From NCBI GenBank assembly GCA_963807605.1, contig CAWECG010000004.1, positions 544,001 to 608,000 of the forward strand: 64,000 nt of DNA, given 5' to 3'. Source of the DNA: Candidatus Bathyarchaeota archaeon. Lineage in GTDB: Archaea; Thermoproteota; Bathyarchaeia; 40CM-2-53-6; RBG-13-38-9. Made by a program: the position numbers and the translations under genes. The notes beneath the pieces are model-generated. The model made no database searches. It saw nothing but the letters and a program-made list of their open reading frames with translations, and was not told the origin of the DNA. Position 1 is the stretch's first letter. The number at the start of each line of letters is the position of its first letter. Positions 1-9,704 of this stretch are shown piece after piece.

Positions 1-576
1 GTTAATGATACCGATGTCGATGTAGCATGTCTTAGAGCCTTTCGGCTTGAACAATGGCCTAACCTTTACAGCCTGAAAGACACGCCACTTCCCACCCAAA
101 TCATCATAGATGACCTCGGCCTTTCCCTGCTTCCCACTCCATCTCGGCTTGCCTCGGATGGTTATCTTTAACTTCTTTGGCAGTCTCATCACTCCATCCT
201 TGAGGCGGTAGATGTCGTTTCTCAGAACCATCATCAGCCGGTACTTTCCATTCCTCTTCCAGTATCCAGGCATACACACCTTCTCAATGTTTGGTGGGAG
301 TTTACCCTCTCGCTCCAGCTGCTTTAATGTGAAGAAGCTCCTCCATGACTCGTTGCTCTTCCTGATGATCTGTTGAGATGTCGCCGAATCGATTAGTGGT
401 GTGTACTTTTGATAGAGGTCTTCGCACTCCCAGTCTATGGGTTGATAGTTCATGTATGCCTGTTTTTTGCGGTAGGTTGTCTCATTCCAAAGTTTAGCAC
501 AGTTGGTAGCTCTATCCCTCAGTGTTCTTTCTTGCTCCATTGTTGGGGCAAGAATGAAGGTGTTGGTTCTCCGCAT
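1..576 (-). CDS. tnpB: TnpB family A, N-terminal part (runs off window start)
   Basis: Reverse strand reads MRRTNTFILAPTMEQERTL..., highly similar to the copies at 32965-34224 and 39659-40918. Confidence 0.9.
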   Translation of the reverse strand, partial: MRRTNTFILAPTMEQERTLRDRATNCAKLWNETTYRKKQAYMNYQPIDWECEDLYQKYTPLIDSATSQQIIRKSNESWRSFFTLKQLEREGKLPPNIEKVCMPGYWKRNGKYRLMMVLRNDIYRLKDGVMRLPKKLKITIRGKPRWSGKQGKAEVIYDDLGGKWRVFQAVKVRPLFKPKGSKTCYIDIGIIN

Positions 577-685
577 GAAACTACCATTATTACTATTGGA
601 GTACCAGACGTTTAAACCTCAAATGTTTCTGTCTGGAGTGCAATTCATCTCCCTGCTAAATCAGGGAGCTTTCTTGCTGAGTTGG
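1..685 (-). mobile_element. IS200/IS605 (IS1341-like) TnpB-only element, family A copy 1, partial
   Basis: Left-end hairpin CTCCCTG-ATTTAG-CAGGGAG preceded by AAAG and followed by GATGAATTGC on the minus strand; exact boundary uncertain (CTAC flank). Confidence 0.8.
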
Positions 686-1047
686 GTAGCTCAGGATAGC
701 GCCAGGCTATTTTTGTTCAATCGGGGTTCTATCCAATCCATATGTGATGCTGCACTCAGAACAAACCGATAGTCATGACGGGCATGCGCATAACCATAGT
801 CATTGAGAGCAAGCAGAATTCTCGGGCTGAAGAACCATTATTTCAAGAAGGAAAGTCTTCCTTGCCATAATTGTGGCTTTGGTAATCATAGGTGCCAGGA
901 GTCTTCTTATCCCTTCAACAACACCCCTTTGTGAGCGACGATACGACACGGATTCCACACACTGTCATGAATTGCTTCAGTCGGCGGGAATGAAAAAGAA
1001 ACGTGGTCACTGCGAGGATCCTTGTCTTGGGGGGATGCTGGCCCCAG

Positions 1048-3321
1048 CTATTGATTGTTGAAGTGTGTCCTGAATCGTTTTCGGATTTGTAGGATTATGA
1101 ACAGTGGCGTGACAACGTAGATTGCTGTTGATGTTATGGCTGCAGATAGAAATGCGATTACTGCTGCAAAGGAGGTGTTGACAGTCGCAGTTAGGGTGTA
1201 GATGCTTGCTGTCAGATGTATTATTCCGACAAGGGGCAGTAATAGGACTCGGAATGTTGATTGAAGCGCATCGTTTGATGCGATAAGTTGTGCGAGGGGG
1301 GGCGACCATGAATAGTAGAATGTATTCCATCCATTGACGAGGGTCCTTCCAGTTTGGCTTGAGCCTATCATGTTGTCTCTTACATGTCGCATGTAGACTA
1401 CTTCAGGAGCCATCGCACTTCCATACGCGGCAGTAGCGATAATGCACTGGAATGTGCCTGGTGAGGTCGTAGGTGATGGGTTAAAAGGTGGCGTAGAAGT
1501 TGGTAATGGATAGACTGGCGTTGGTGATGTGGAAGGTGTCGTTGTACTCGTCGTCGTCGTGGTTGGTTGATTCTGGGCTGGTCCCACGCTGAAAACTGTG
1601 CCTGTAAGCTGGGAGAGATTCGGCGTAGTACTAGCTGTAACCTGCATCCAGACACTATTGGTTGTGTTATCAACTTGTGAGCCTATGCATTGTTGCCATA
1701 AGGATCCGTACAGGTAGTAAAGCGCAAGGTTAGACTCGCTTAGTCCAGAACTAGTAAGATCAGCCTGAGTAAAGTAAACCCGAACCACAACCCAGTTTAC
1801 CCCACCCGCACTGCTCAGGCGGAAGTCAACCCACTTTCCTAGAAGAGGGTATGAGGTTGGATTGCCGGGATTTACAGGAAAAGATGAGAGTGTCACCGTG
1901 GGGGTTCCTGTTTGAGTGTTGATTTGACCGGTTAAATTGAAGGATGGGCTGCCAACAGTCGTGGTTGTTTGAGATGGAATGTTGAATGACTCCAAGTACT
2001 GGTTGTAAAACTTGAAAACGAACGAGTTGTTCGTGGGTGTCCCGCTCAACTGTTGGTTGGAATACCACCGTTCAGATGAAGTTGAGCCTGTTAGCGGATT
2101 CGGTCTGACAGACCATGATGCGTCACTAGCAACCCTAAGGGTGGTAGGGGTGGTTGTTAGTGTGTATTGCTGGCTTGCATATCCCTGGGTTCCATTAAAG
2201 TAGAATATGGGGGGGGAGTAGCCTGAACCTCCTCCTATTACAGAGTAACTAACAGTCAATACAATAGTCGTGGTTGGAGCAACCGTGAAGTTCGCCTGCG
2301 CGCTAACTGAAGTATCACTAGCCAAAACAGTGTAAGTGCCATACGCTGCAGAAGGAACCGAAAACCTTACTCCAAGAAACCCTCCAGAACCATTAATATA
2401 TCCTCCACTGGCAACCGCAGCCCCATTAAACTTTATCGTCAAAGGATTATTAGGAACAAAGCCAGCCCCTGAGACAGTTACTGCGGTACCTGGAGGCCCC
2501 GTCGTCGGACTCAGAGTAATGGATGGACCAACCGTGAAGGGTGTCACAGCAACGTTTCCGAAGTAATCACTAGCCTGAACAGTCCAACCGCCAGCCGGTG
2601 AAAGAGGAATCGTAAAATTTAGGTCACTGAAATTCCCAAGTTGATCAGTATAAACGGTATTACTCGTAGTCGTAAACGAACCCCAAGTTCCCCACAACGT
2701 TACAATGATCTGATTATAAGTTGGATATGATGAGGGGGAAGGAACGAAGCCAGACCCTGAGGCAGTTATTAACGTGCCTACAGGCCCCTTCGTCGCCACC
2801 GTACCATTCGAATATTCCAGCTTAAGGGAAGTAAGCCAGAAGGTTGCCGTAGCAAATACGCCATTGCTATCAGTAACCGTAACAGTGTGAGGGCCAACGC
2901 CAAGCGCTGGAGAAGGAACCGTAAACGTTACTCCAGCAAAAGATCCAGAAAAATCAGTTTGAGCACTACCGTAAGTATTACTAGGACCGGGCGTAACCGA
3001 CATCCCACCATACTTTATCGTAATCGTAATTGTGCTTCCTGTGGTGGAAGGAGTAAAGCCAGACCCTGTGACAGTTACTACGGTAAGTGCAGCTCCACTC
3101 TTTGGAGTCAGAGTAATGGCTGCTGCTGCTGATGATGGTGTTACGATGAGAACTGCGCTCAGGGTGAACATTAGCACCAGAATGAAGGCGGCTACAAAAC
3201 CCTTTCGTGTTCTCGATGTTTGTATTCGATGATAACCGCTGTTCTTCCGGACAGTTCTTCCCCTTACTCGGAAGCACCTTGAAGGATAGCTAAATAGCTT
3301 GGAAATAGCTCCAGCCAACAA
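1048..3321 (-). CDS. Cell-surface protein with Ig-like/IPT-type repeats, Thr/Pro linker and C-terminal CFI-box-CTERM domain
   Basis: Hydrophobic signal segment, repeated 'LSPTTGPPGTAVTVSGAGF'-type units, C-terminal CIIATAAYGSAMAPEV...FYYSWSPP motif, TM helix and basic tail; true start may be downstream. Confidence 0.8.
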   Translation of the reverse strand: MLAGAISKLFSYPSRCFRVRGRTVRKNSGYHRIQTSRTRKGFVAAFILVLMFTLSAVLIVTPSSAAAAITLTPKSGAALTVVTVTGSGFTPSTTGSTITITIKYGGMSVTPGPSNTYGSAQTDFSGSFAGVTFTVPSPALGVGPHTVTVTDSNGVFATATFWLTSLKLEYSNGTVATKGPVGTLITASGSGFVPSPSSYPTYNQIIVTLWGTWGSFTTTSNTVYTDQLGNFSDLNFTIPLSPAGGWTVQASDYFGNVAVTPFTVGPSITLSPTTGPPGTAVTVSGAGFVPNNPLTIKFNGAAVASGGYINGSGGFLGVRFSVPSAAYGTYTVLASDTSVSAQANFTVAPTTTIVLTVSYSVIGGGSGYSPPIFYFNGTQGYASQQYTLTTTPTTLRVASDASWSVRPNPLTGSTSSERWYSNQQLSGTPTNNSFVFKFYNQYLESFNIPSQTTTTVGSPSFNLTGQINTQTGTPTVTLSSFPVNPGNPTSYPLLGKWVDFRLSSAGGVNWVVVRVYFTQADLTSSGLSESNLALYYLYGSLWQQCIGSQVDNTTNSVWMQVTASTTPNLSQLTGTVFSVGPAQNQPTTTTTSTTTPSTSPTPVYPLPTSTPPFNPSPTTSPGTFQCIIATAAYGSAMAPEVVYMRHVRDNMIGSSQTGRTLVNGWNTFYYSWSPPLAQLIASNDALQSTFRVLLLPLVGIIHLTASIYTLTATVNTSFAAVIAFLSAAITSTAIYVVTPLFIILQIRKRFRTHFNNQ

Positions 3322-3448
3322 TCGGCACCTGAATATAGTGGTTACAGCCCGAAATTAAAACTTGACCCCGACCAGACGATGCAACCCCTGGGGGTTTAGC
3401 TAGGAAGGAAGTATTGAAATCTGTGTGCGGGTTTCTGAGGTGTGCCTG

Positions 3449-3838
3449 TTAGACTCTGCCTGTAGAGGCGTCTTTTTCCTTGAGAACCTCAATCAGCGTA
3501 GTGATGCTGTAGAGCAGACTCAAGGCTCCTCCCGGGAAGAATGCACATTTGAGGGCTTCAAGGATCTCCTCCTTAGTCGCGCCTTTCTCAAGGGCTCGCT
3601 TCATGTGATTCTTCATACCAGAGGCATCCCCTGGATTACGCGCCGCGATAGCGCATATGAAGAAGAGCTCCTTTACTTTCTCTGGAAAGATTCGTGTTCT
3701 AAGCATCGCCAGCTCGTAGAGCTTGTCGTAGGTCTCAAGGAATTCAGGGTCGTCCTCCGCCAGCATTCTATAAGAAGGGTATATGTAGCCTCGCTTCTTC
3801 ATCATGACCTCAAGAAGCTTCCTTGACCTTTCACTCAT
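3449..3838 (-). CDS. Carboxymuconolactone decarboxylase/AhpD-like protein
   Basis: Motifs 'KVKELFFICAIAA' and 'HMKRALEKGATKEEILEAL'. Confidence 0.8.
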   Translation of the reverse strand: MSERSRKLLEVMMKKRGYIYPSYRMLAEDDPEFLETYDKLYELAMLRTRIFPEKVKELFFICAIAARNPGDASGMKNHMKRALEKGATKEEILEALKCAFFPGGALSLLYSITTLIEVLKEKDASTGRV

Positions 3839-3974
3839 CTTGTTTCACTCATGAATAAGCGCCAAGGTCTTAATTTAACGCTATCTGGCGATTACAATAT
3901 CGCTTAGATTCCGGATGTTCATGACCTCCGGTGGGTGTTGAAAATAAAAAAAGGGAAGTGGAGTTTAGATGTGC

Positions 3975-6263
3975 TTAGTGGAGAATTCTCTGGGTTTGTG
4001 TTACAGTGATCATCACTGCAGAGGCAATGGTTGTCAGGACGAATGCGGCTGTTCCAATCATCATTAGCGGCGATATTGCTGAGATTTCAGCTACCAATAT
4101 CAATGCCGCACTTGAAAGCCATGCTACGGCCAGAGGTTTACCTGACATGTGGATGGTTAATCTTCTCCTTCTGGCCAGTTCGATAGCTAGCAATGTTATC
4201 GGGGCAAAGTAGACTATTCCAATTAGAGTGCTGGCCACAATACCGGCTACGACTACTGCTAATTCAGGAGCAAAGCTTAGGGCTGAATATGACCATTGGG
4301 CCAAGTAGAGCGTGCCTAGCAGCGGGTATATGACTGCTTTTGAAATGTTTCTCAGTACTAGGTTGCTCTTCACCTGCTGGGCAACGGCTGGACTGAACGA
4401 GTAGTACCACGCGTTGAACACGTTCATGAACTGGTTGCCTGCGAAGGTTGTCTGGATCGAACGGTCTCTGAAGAGTCTGAGGAAGTATACCTCAGGAGCC
4501 ATTTCTGAGCCGTAGGTCGCTGTGGCTATTATGCATGGTCTTCCGGCTGTTGGCGATATAGTCAAAGTTGCATAGGCATAGCGTGTCTTCGTTCCACTTG
4601 TTCCTGTGACTGTAATTGTGCCAGTCCCTGCTGGAGCTGTCGGTGCTGTCGTGATTGTCAGAGTAGATGCGACCAAACCATTCGGTGGAGGTGTGACTGT
4701 CGGAGGAGCTATCGCTGCTGTTGCACCAGAGCTAGATGGCATTATGATGGAGAGTGCCACTGGATTGTTGAAGGAGTTTATTGAGTTAACATCTACCGTG
4801 ACGCTCGTCGATGAGCCATTGCGTACACTGGGTGAGTTTGGACTCAATGTCAGAGAGAAGTCTGTCGGGGCCACAATTATCAGCGTGACCTGGGCCATGT
4901 GACTCTCCGTTCCAGATGTTCCAGTGATATTGAGAGTATAGGTTCCGAGCGGAGCGGTAGGAGATATCGCCAGGCTTAGGGTTGACGAGATAGAGCTCGC
5001 CGGAGGTATCAGTATTGATACTGGATTGAAGCTTGGTGTTACTCCTGCAGGTAGACCCGCGACTGTCATGGTCATTGTTGCACTATAGTCATTTGATGAG
5101 GTACCATTTACTGTGTAGGTTACCGTTGAATTCTGTTGCGCCGGAATTGAGGCAGGCGTGACGCTGACAGCGAAGTCACCTACACTGATAGACACTGTAA
5201 CAGCACTCGTAAGGTACCCATACGTACCTTTTAACGTCAGAGCGTACGTGCCTTCAGCTAGAGAGGAGTTTGTGCAGACTGTCGCAACCGAGGTAGCAGT
5301 TCCCATAGGTGCAGGCGTAACGGTCGATGGATTCATGTGCGCAGTCATTCCAGCGGGCAGGCCTGTAAGGTTCAGCGCCACCTGCGAACTGAAGGTCCCC
5401 ACCGACATGACTGCTATCTGGAAGTTTGCGCACTTTCCGCGTATCACTGATTGAGCGAAGGGTGTTGCCGTGACGGTGAAGCCGTTTACTCTTAGCGTTA
5501 TCGCCCATGTATGAATCCTTGTATTTGGTATGGTACCTGTTGTTCCCGTGATAACCAGGGAGTAGTTTCCGGCTTGCGTGAGAGTTGTGGTTGACAATTT
5601 TAGGGTTGCGGTAGCAGTCGAGTAATCAGAGAGAGAAATTGTTGGTGATGGGGTGAATACTGCTGATATTGAGCTTGGAATACTGGGTGCCACCAGCAGA
5701 GCAACAGTGAAATTCGTTGAACCCGGCGAGTAGGCCTCTAGGGTAATCTGGATTGTTCCGTAGCCTCCTGGCACAACATCAACTATTGTCCCAGGAGTAC
5801 TGGAGAGTCGGAAGTCTGTAGATGCTTGCGTGTATTGAAATACATCTAGAGTTGCCGTTCCCGTTGCAGACGGATAAGCAGTGTTTACAGGAGTACCCGT
5901 CACTGTTATCGTGTAGGTGGTTAGAGGGACTCCCGCTCCAACGGTGGCCAATAGATAGGTGAAAGCCTGCCCGTTCGTTGGGACATTTACGGTGCTACCT
6001 CCAGGAAAGCTAAATGATAGCCCAGCGGTGATCGTGCTAGTGACGTTAAGGTTCACTAGTCCGGCGAATCCGCTGACTGATTGAACCAAGACAGAATAGT
6101 AGCCAAACTGGTTCAGTGTATTATCACACGTCTGAGTTACCGGGCTGACCACCACGTTGACTCCTGTCAGTTGAGCTTTAGATTCCCCAATGTTGGGTAC
6201 TGCTCCAGCGGTCAACAATGATATCAAAGACAATATCAGAAGTAGAGAAGCGTATCGTTTCAT
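3975..6263 (-). CDS. Cell-surface protein with repeated beta-sandwich domains and C-terminal CFI-box-CTERM domain
   Basis: Signal peptide MKRYASLLLILSL; ~100-aa repeats (GLPAG...F/M-NP...G-x-Y-x-L-x-I-TGT); CIIATATYGSEMAPEV motif; C-terminal TM helices. Confidence 0.85.
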   Translation of the reverse strand: MKRYASLLLILSLISLLTAGAVPNIGESKAQLTGVNVVVSPVTQTCDNTLNQFGYYSVLVQSVSGFAGLVNLNVTSTITAGLSFSFPGGSTVNVPTNGQAFTYLLATVGAGVPLTTYTITVTGTPVNTAYPSATGTATLDVFQYTQASTDFRLSSTPGTIVDVVPGGYGTIQITLEAYSPGSTNFTVALLVAPSIPSSISAVFTPSPTISLSDYSTATATLKLSTTTLTQAGNYSLVITGTTGTIPNTRIHTWAITLRVNGFTVTATPFAQSVIRGKCANFQIAVMSVGTFSSQVALNLTGLPAGMTAHMNPSTVTPAPMGTATSVATVCTNSSLAEGTYALTLKGTYGYLTSAVTVSISVGDFAVSVTPASIPAQQNSTVTYTVNGTSSNDYSATMTMTVAGLPAGVTPSFNPVSILIPPASSISSTLSLAISPTAPLGTYTLNITGTSGTESHMAQVTLIIVAPTDFSLTLSPNSPSVRNGSSTSVTVDVNSINSFNNPVALSIIMPSSSGATAAIAPPTVTPPPNGLVASTLTITTAPTAPAGTGTITVTGTSGTKTRYAYATLTISPTAGRPCIIATATYGSEMAPEVYFLRLFRDRSIQTTFAGNQFMNVFNAWYYSFSPAVAQQVKSNLVLRNISKAVIYPLLGTLYLAQWSYSALSFAPELAVVVAGIVASTLIGIVYFAPITLLAIELARRRRLTIHMSGKPLAVAWLSSAALILVAEISAISPLMMIGTAAFVLTTIASAVMITVTQTQRILH

Positions 6264-6419
6264 CTAGTTCTCCTCCTTATGGTGTTCCAAGTATTCGGAT
6301 ATAGCGATCTCGAGCTCTTCGCTTTGTTTCTTGGTTGTTCCATGTTTCTTTATTACTTGTCCAAGAAATTTCTTCCACAATTTATCATCTATCTGCATCG
6401 TAGTTTTATGTTTTGGCAT
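6264..6419 (-). CDS. Small ribbon-helix-helix (CopG/Arc-like) DNA-binding protein, 51 aa, absent from ORF track
   Basis: Hand translation MPKHKTTMQIDDKLWKKFLGQVIKKHGTTKKQSEELEIAISEYLEHHKEEN; RHH-type pattern; its TAG directly abuts the ATG of the 762-aa gene. Confidence 0.75.
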   Translation of the reverse strand: MPKHKTTMQIDDKLWKKFLGQVIKKHGTTKKQSEELEIAISEYLEHHKEEN

Positions 6420-6699
6420 CAGGGTTTTTCCCCGTAAGAGCGTGAATGCGTGGTACCATATTTAATATTTTTCAATCATTTTTTGTTGATTGCTCACTAC
6501 AAAATCAAAAACAATTCGAACAGCGCTCTTTGGGTTCGAATAGACCAACTTCCGAGTATTTTCACAAAATTGTGGGCTCTCTAAGGCGCACGGTTTCCCT
6601 CAGACTTGTTAATGCTTTCTCTCGCATAATCCTAAGATATACGTACATTAATGTACACAAAAGCTTAAAATAGAGTATTCATAACCATAGTTGTCCTAG

Positions 6700-7422
6700 T
6701 TGAAATCTTCATCAACCAGACTATCAGTCGTGACAGGAACATTGGATCCAAGCCATTATCCTCTCATGCTTGAAATCGAATGCCTCCGACCACATGAGCA
6801 AGTAGACCCATTCAGATTAGAGGACTTGAAGAAACAACTTGCAGATGACGGCTTCCAGAAAGATCCCATAATAGTTGATGAAAAGTATCTGATAGTGATC
6901 GATGGACATCACAGGATATTAGCTCTGAAAGCCCTCGGCTACCACAAGGTTGTCGCGCACAAGATAAAGTATCTTGATGATGATAGAGTCGTTCTAGGAA
7001 CATGGTATCCAGTCATCAGAGGCTCCAGAGCCAAACTCCTCAAAGCACTTCAGAGATTCATGGAGACCTCAAATCAGGTGAAGGAGGGAGCACAGTCACC
7101 TTTACTCATTCTCAGCAATCGAGAGTACGTCCTCAAAGCCAATAGAAAGGCCATCATGGATTCGTTGTTGGGAAGGTTCAAGATAGAATACGTTTCAGAC
7201 GTAGAGACTGCGAAGAGGCTCGCACAAGACGAAGAATGCGCGGGGATAATAGTGTTCGGATCAATAAACAAGGAAGATGTTGTAAGAGCCGCTTTGTCAG
7301 GCACAATCTTACCTCCGAAGACTACCCAGCACATAGTCCCAAACAAACCTGCAGACTGGTTCATACCTCTTGAGATGCTGGGCAACGGCGTCCAGCTTCA
7401 ACCCACAATAGGAAGAGGATGA
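6700..7422 (+). CDS. serK: ParB/Srx-fold protein, SerK-like free serine kinase
   Basis: PHEQ, DGHHR, TWYP and PKTTxH motifs and ~240-aa length match archaeal SerK. Confidence 0.7.
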   Translation: MKSSSTRLSVVTGTLDPSHYPLMLEIECLRPHEQVDPFRLEDLKKQLADDGFQKDPIIVDEKYLIVIDGHHRILALKALGYHKVVAHKIKYLDDDRVVLGTWYPVIRGSRAKLLKALQRFMETSNQVKEGAQSPLLILSNREYVLKANRKAIMDSLLGRFKIEYVSDVETAKRLAQDEECAGIIVFGSINKEDVVRAALSGTILPPKTTQHIVPNKPADWFIPLEMLGNGVQLQPTIGRG

Positions 7423-7470
7423 GACCTCACCAGACACTAGATATTCTGTATCAAAACAGAGTGCAGTAAT

Positions 7471-8268
7471 TTAAGGTGGTTCAAAGAATTCGCTGATCTT
7501 CTTGGTTGCTTTCTTCTTGATGAATTGAGCGCACGTACGGGGGGTCAGCCTCTTGAACTCTAATCCAAGAACTGCCATCATTCCTTGGGCTCCAGATTTT
7601 AGGCCTGGAGCCGCGACAACTCCCCTAACGTGTAACCCAGTGGTTTTATTCACTGCATCAACGTAACGCTTCAACTGAAGGACCGCATCCTTCCCTGCGG
7701 CAGATCGCTTCAATTCGACAACCACAACTCTCCCCTTAGCATCTCTGCCGTAGAAATCAATGAAGCCAGGTTCAACCTTCCGCTCAAAATCAACAAGTTT
7801 CAAACCCTCCTCCAAAATATTCGGGTTTGAGGTGAGAGCGTCCCTCATCTGGTCCTCACTGACGTACAGGTTGAATTCTGCTTTGTCCATGGGCCTGAAT
7901 GATGCGACAAACAGCAAGTCATTGAAGAATATTTCCAAAGTCTCCCTAGGCTTTGGTCGCTGAACTCTGATCCTGAGCAGAGATTGATCAGCAGAGACGT
8001 GGAGAGTGCATCTGGGAGGCTGCCAGTTCACGGGCTCATAACCTGTTGCCCTATGAACCTGAACAGAGCCGTCTTCTTTTATCAGCGTGACTCTCTCTCC
8101 CCAGTCTAGGCTTGAGGACGCCCTTCCATGGTATTTGCATTGGCAGTTTCCCGCAATTATTACGAGATCTCCTCTTCGAAATGAGTCTTGAAGACAGCCT
8201 GCCGCCTTCTGCAAATCCGGCTTTTCCAGCAGTAGCATCTTTGCGCTTGTCTTTGGTCGCTCGTGCAA
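7471..8268 (-). CDS. nucS: Endonuclease NucS/EndoMS
   Basis: YHGRASS, KEDGSVQVH, PVNWQPP, IDFYG, VVELKR, QLKRY motifs. Confidence 0.92.
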   Translation of the reverse strand: MHERPKTSAKMLLLEKPDLQKAAGCLQDSFRRGDLVIIAGNCQCKYHGRASSSLDWGERVTLIKEDGSVQVHRATGYEPVNWQPPRCTLHVSADQSLLRIRVQRPKPRETLEIFFNDLLFVASFRPMDKAEFNLYVSEDQMRDALTSNPNILEEGLKLVDFERKVEPGFIDFYGRDAKGRVVVVELKRSAAGKDAVLQLKRYVDAVNKTTGLHVRGVVAAPGLKSGAQGMMAVLGLEFKRLTPRTCAQFIKKKATKKISEFFEPP

Positions 8269-8359
8269 TTTCGCTCGGCCCCCACCTTTGATCGTAATCG
8301 AGGCAACATGTTCAAAAGTTTTATAGGGACTTGCTGGTGCACATCAGCATGGGATAGTC

Positions 8360-8593
8360 TTGGAACCATCGAAGAAGCCACTGAACCTGCTTATTAAGAA
8401 GATAAATCAAGAAGTCGCTGTCAGGCTGAAGAATCATTCTGAGTACAGAGGGAAGATGATAGATTGCGACGGCCACATGAACATCATTCTTGAAGGAGCC
8501 ACCGAGTATATAGGGGATGAGCCGTCGGCTAACTTCGGAAACATAATAGTTAGAGGCAATAACGTTCTGTATGTTTGTGTCGAGAAAGCATGA
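8360..8593 (+). CDS. Sm-like archaeal protein (Lsm/SmAP)
   Basis: Sm1 'YRGKMIDCDGHMNIIL' and Sm2 'IIVRGNNVLYV'. Confidence 0.92.
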   Translation: MEPSKKPLNLLIKKINQEVAVRLKNHSEYRGKMIDCDGHMNIILEGATEYIGDEPSANFGNIIVRGNNVLYVCVEKA

Positions 8594-8634
8594 CCATTCT
8601 TGGTTGCTAGTTGATTCATAGATACTTATGCAGA

Positions 8635-9564
8635 CTACAATCTTGGAAGGCTTCTGCTATCTCCTGTGACATAGGCTAGAACTCTCTCAAGGTCAGGTTT
8701 CAGACCTGCCTTCTTTCTGAAACAATTGATAACATTAGAGATATCCTTCCTGAGATAGTCTGAAGAATTAGGATGGTTAACTCCCACGCTTTGGGGCCAA
8801 TCGATTATCAGGATTTTTCCGTCTTGTTTTATGAGGATATTATACTCGCTCAAGTCGGAATGGATTAGCCCTGCCTTCAGATAGGTCCTTCTCACATTTC
8901 TCAGGATTTCTCTCAGGATTGGTTCAGCCTCCTCCATCTCAGCATACTTGAGTTCAGTGCCCGCCACTAAGCCCATTGCAATGACATGCCTATTCTGAGC
9001 AATCGGTTTGGGAACGCTGACGCCCGCCGAATAGAGGCTTTCTAGGGAAGCATATTCTTTTTCAGCCGAAAGCCTTGACTGATAAAGCCAGGAGATATGG
9101 TAGCGGTCAGCTACATACCCTCTCGTTCTAGAAGTCTGCCTGAAACTCGTCCTGCCTAGCCTGTGAAATTTTACAGCGCACCTTCTTCCTCTTGAATCAA
9201 GCGCCTCATAGATATCTGATTCTTTGCCAACGCCCAGGGACTTGCCAATGGCTTCTACTGCCCCAGAGCTTACCAGAGCTCTGAGGGCAAGAGCATCGTA
9301 GCCAAAGGTCGTCAGGGCATAGCCTTCATAGCCTAGGGAGTCTCTCGGGGGCCTGGATAAAAAACGGTCTTTGGATAACTTCCCAATCCTGTAAGTGACT
9401 TCATCGCCTCTGAGTTTAGAGGATCGGACTATTTCCTCGATAGGGGCATATTGGTGATTCTTCATCTTTAGTTCGGTTATCGAAAGAATTCTAAAGTCGT
9501 TTTTTTCAAGAAGCCTGAACTTATCGAGGAGAAGCAAGTTCGATTCGCCTAGTACTAGTGACAA
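8635..9564 (-). CDS. rio2: RIO2 serine/threonine kinase
   Basis: N-terminal wHTH, GYDALAL, GVGKESD, KFHRLGRTSF, HSDLSEYN, IDWPQ. Confidence 0.93.
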   Translation of the reverse strand: MSLVLGESNLLLLDKFRLLEKNDFRILSITELKMKNHQYAPIEEIVRSSKLRGDEVTYRIGKLSKDRFLSRPPRDSLGYEGYALTTFGYDALALRALVSSGAVEAIGKSLGVGKESDIYEALDSRGRRCAVKFHRLGRTSFRQTSRTRGYVADRYHISWLYQSRLSAEKEYASLESLYSAGVSVPKPIAQNRHVIAMGLVAGTELKYAEMEEAEPILREILRNVRRTYLKAGLIHSDLSEYNILIKQDGKILIIDWPQSVGVNHPNSSDYLRKDISNVINCFRKKAGLKPDLERVLAYVTGDSRSLPRL

Positions 9565-9704
9565 AAGAGGATATTAACCAACTTACAGAATGGGTATACG
9601 ATTCTCCACGTCAGAGATCAACCTCAGAGGACATAAGAATGTACAAATCGAGGGGCAGTAACTGGACGCTGAAGGTCAGCTTGGTCGCTGTCTTCACGGC
9701 ACTC

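Noticed and set aside
6700-7422. ParB partition protein
   Set aside because: No HTH or parA neighbour; motifs fit SerK
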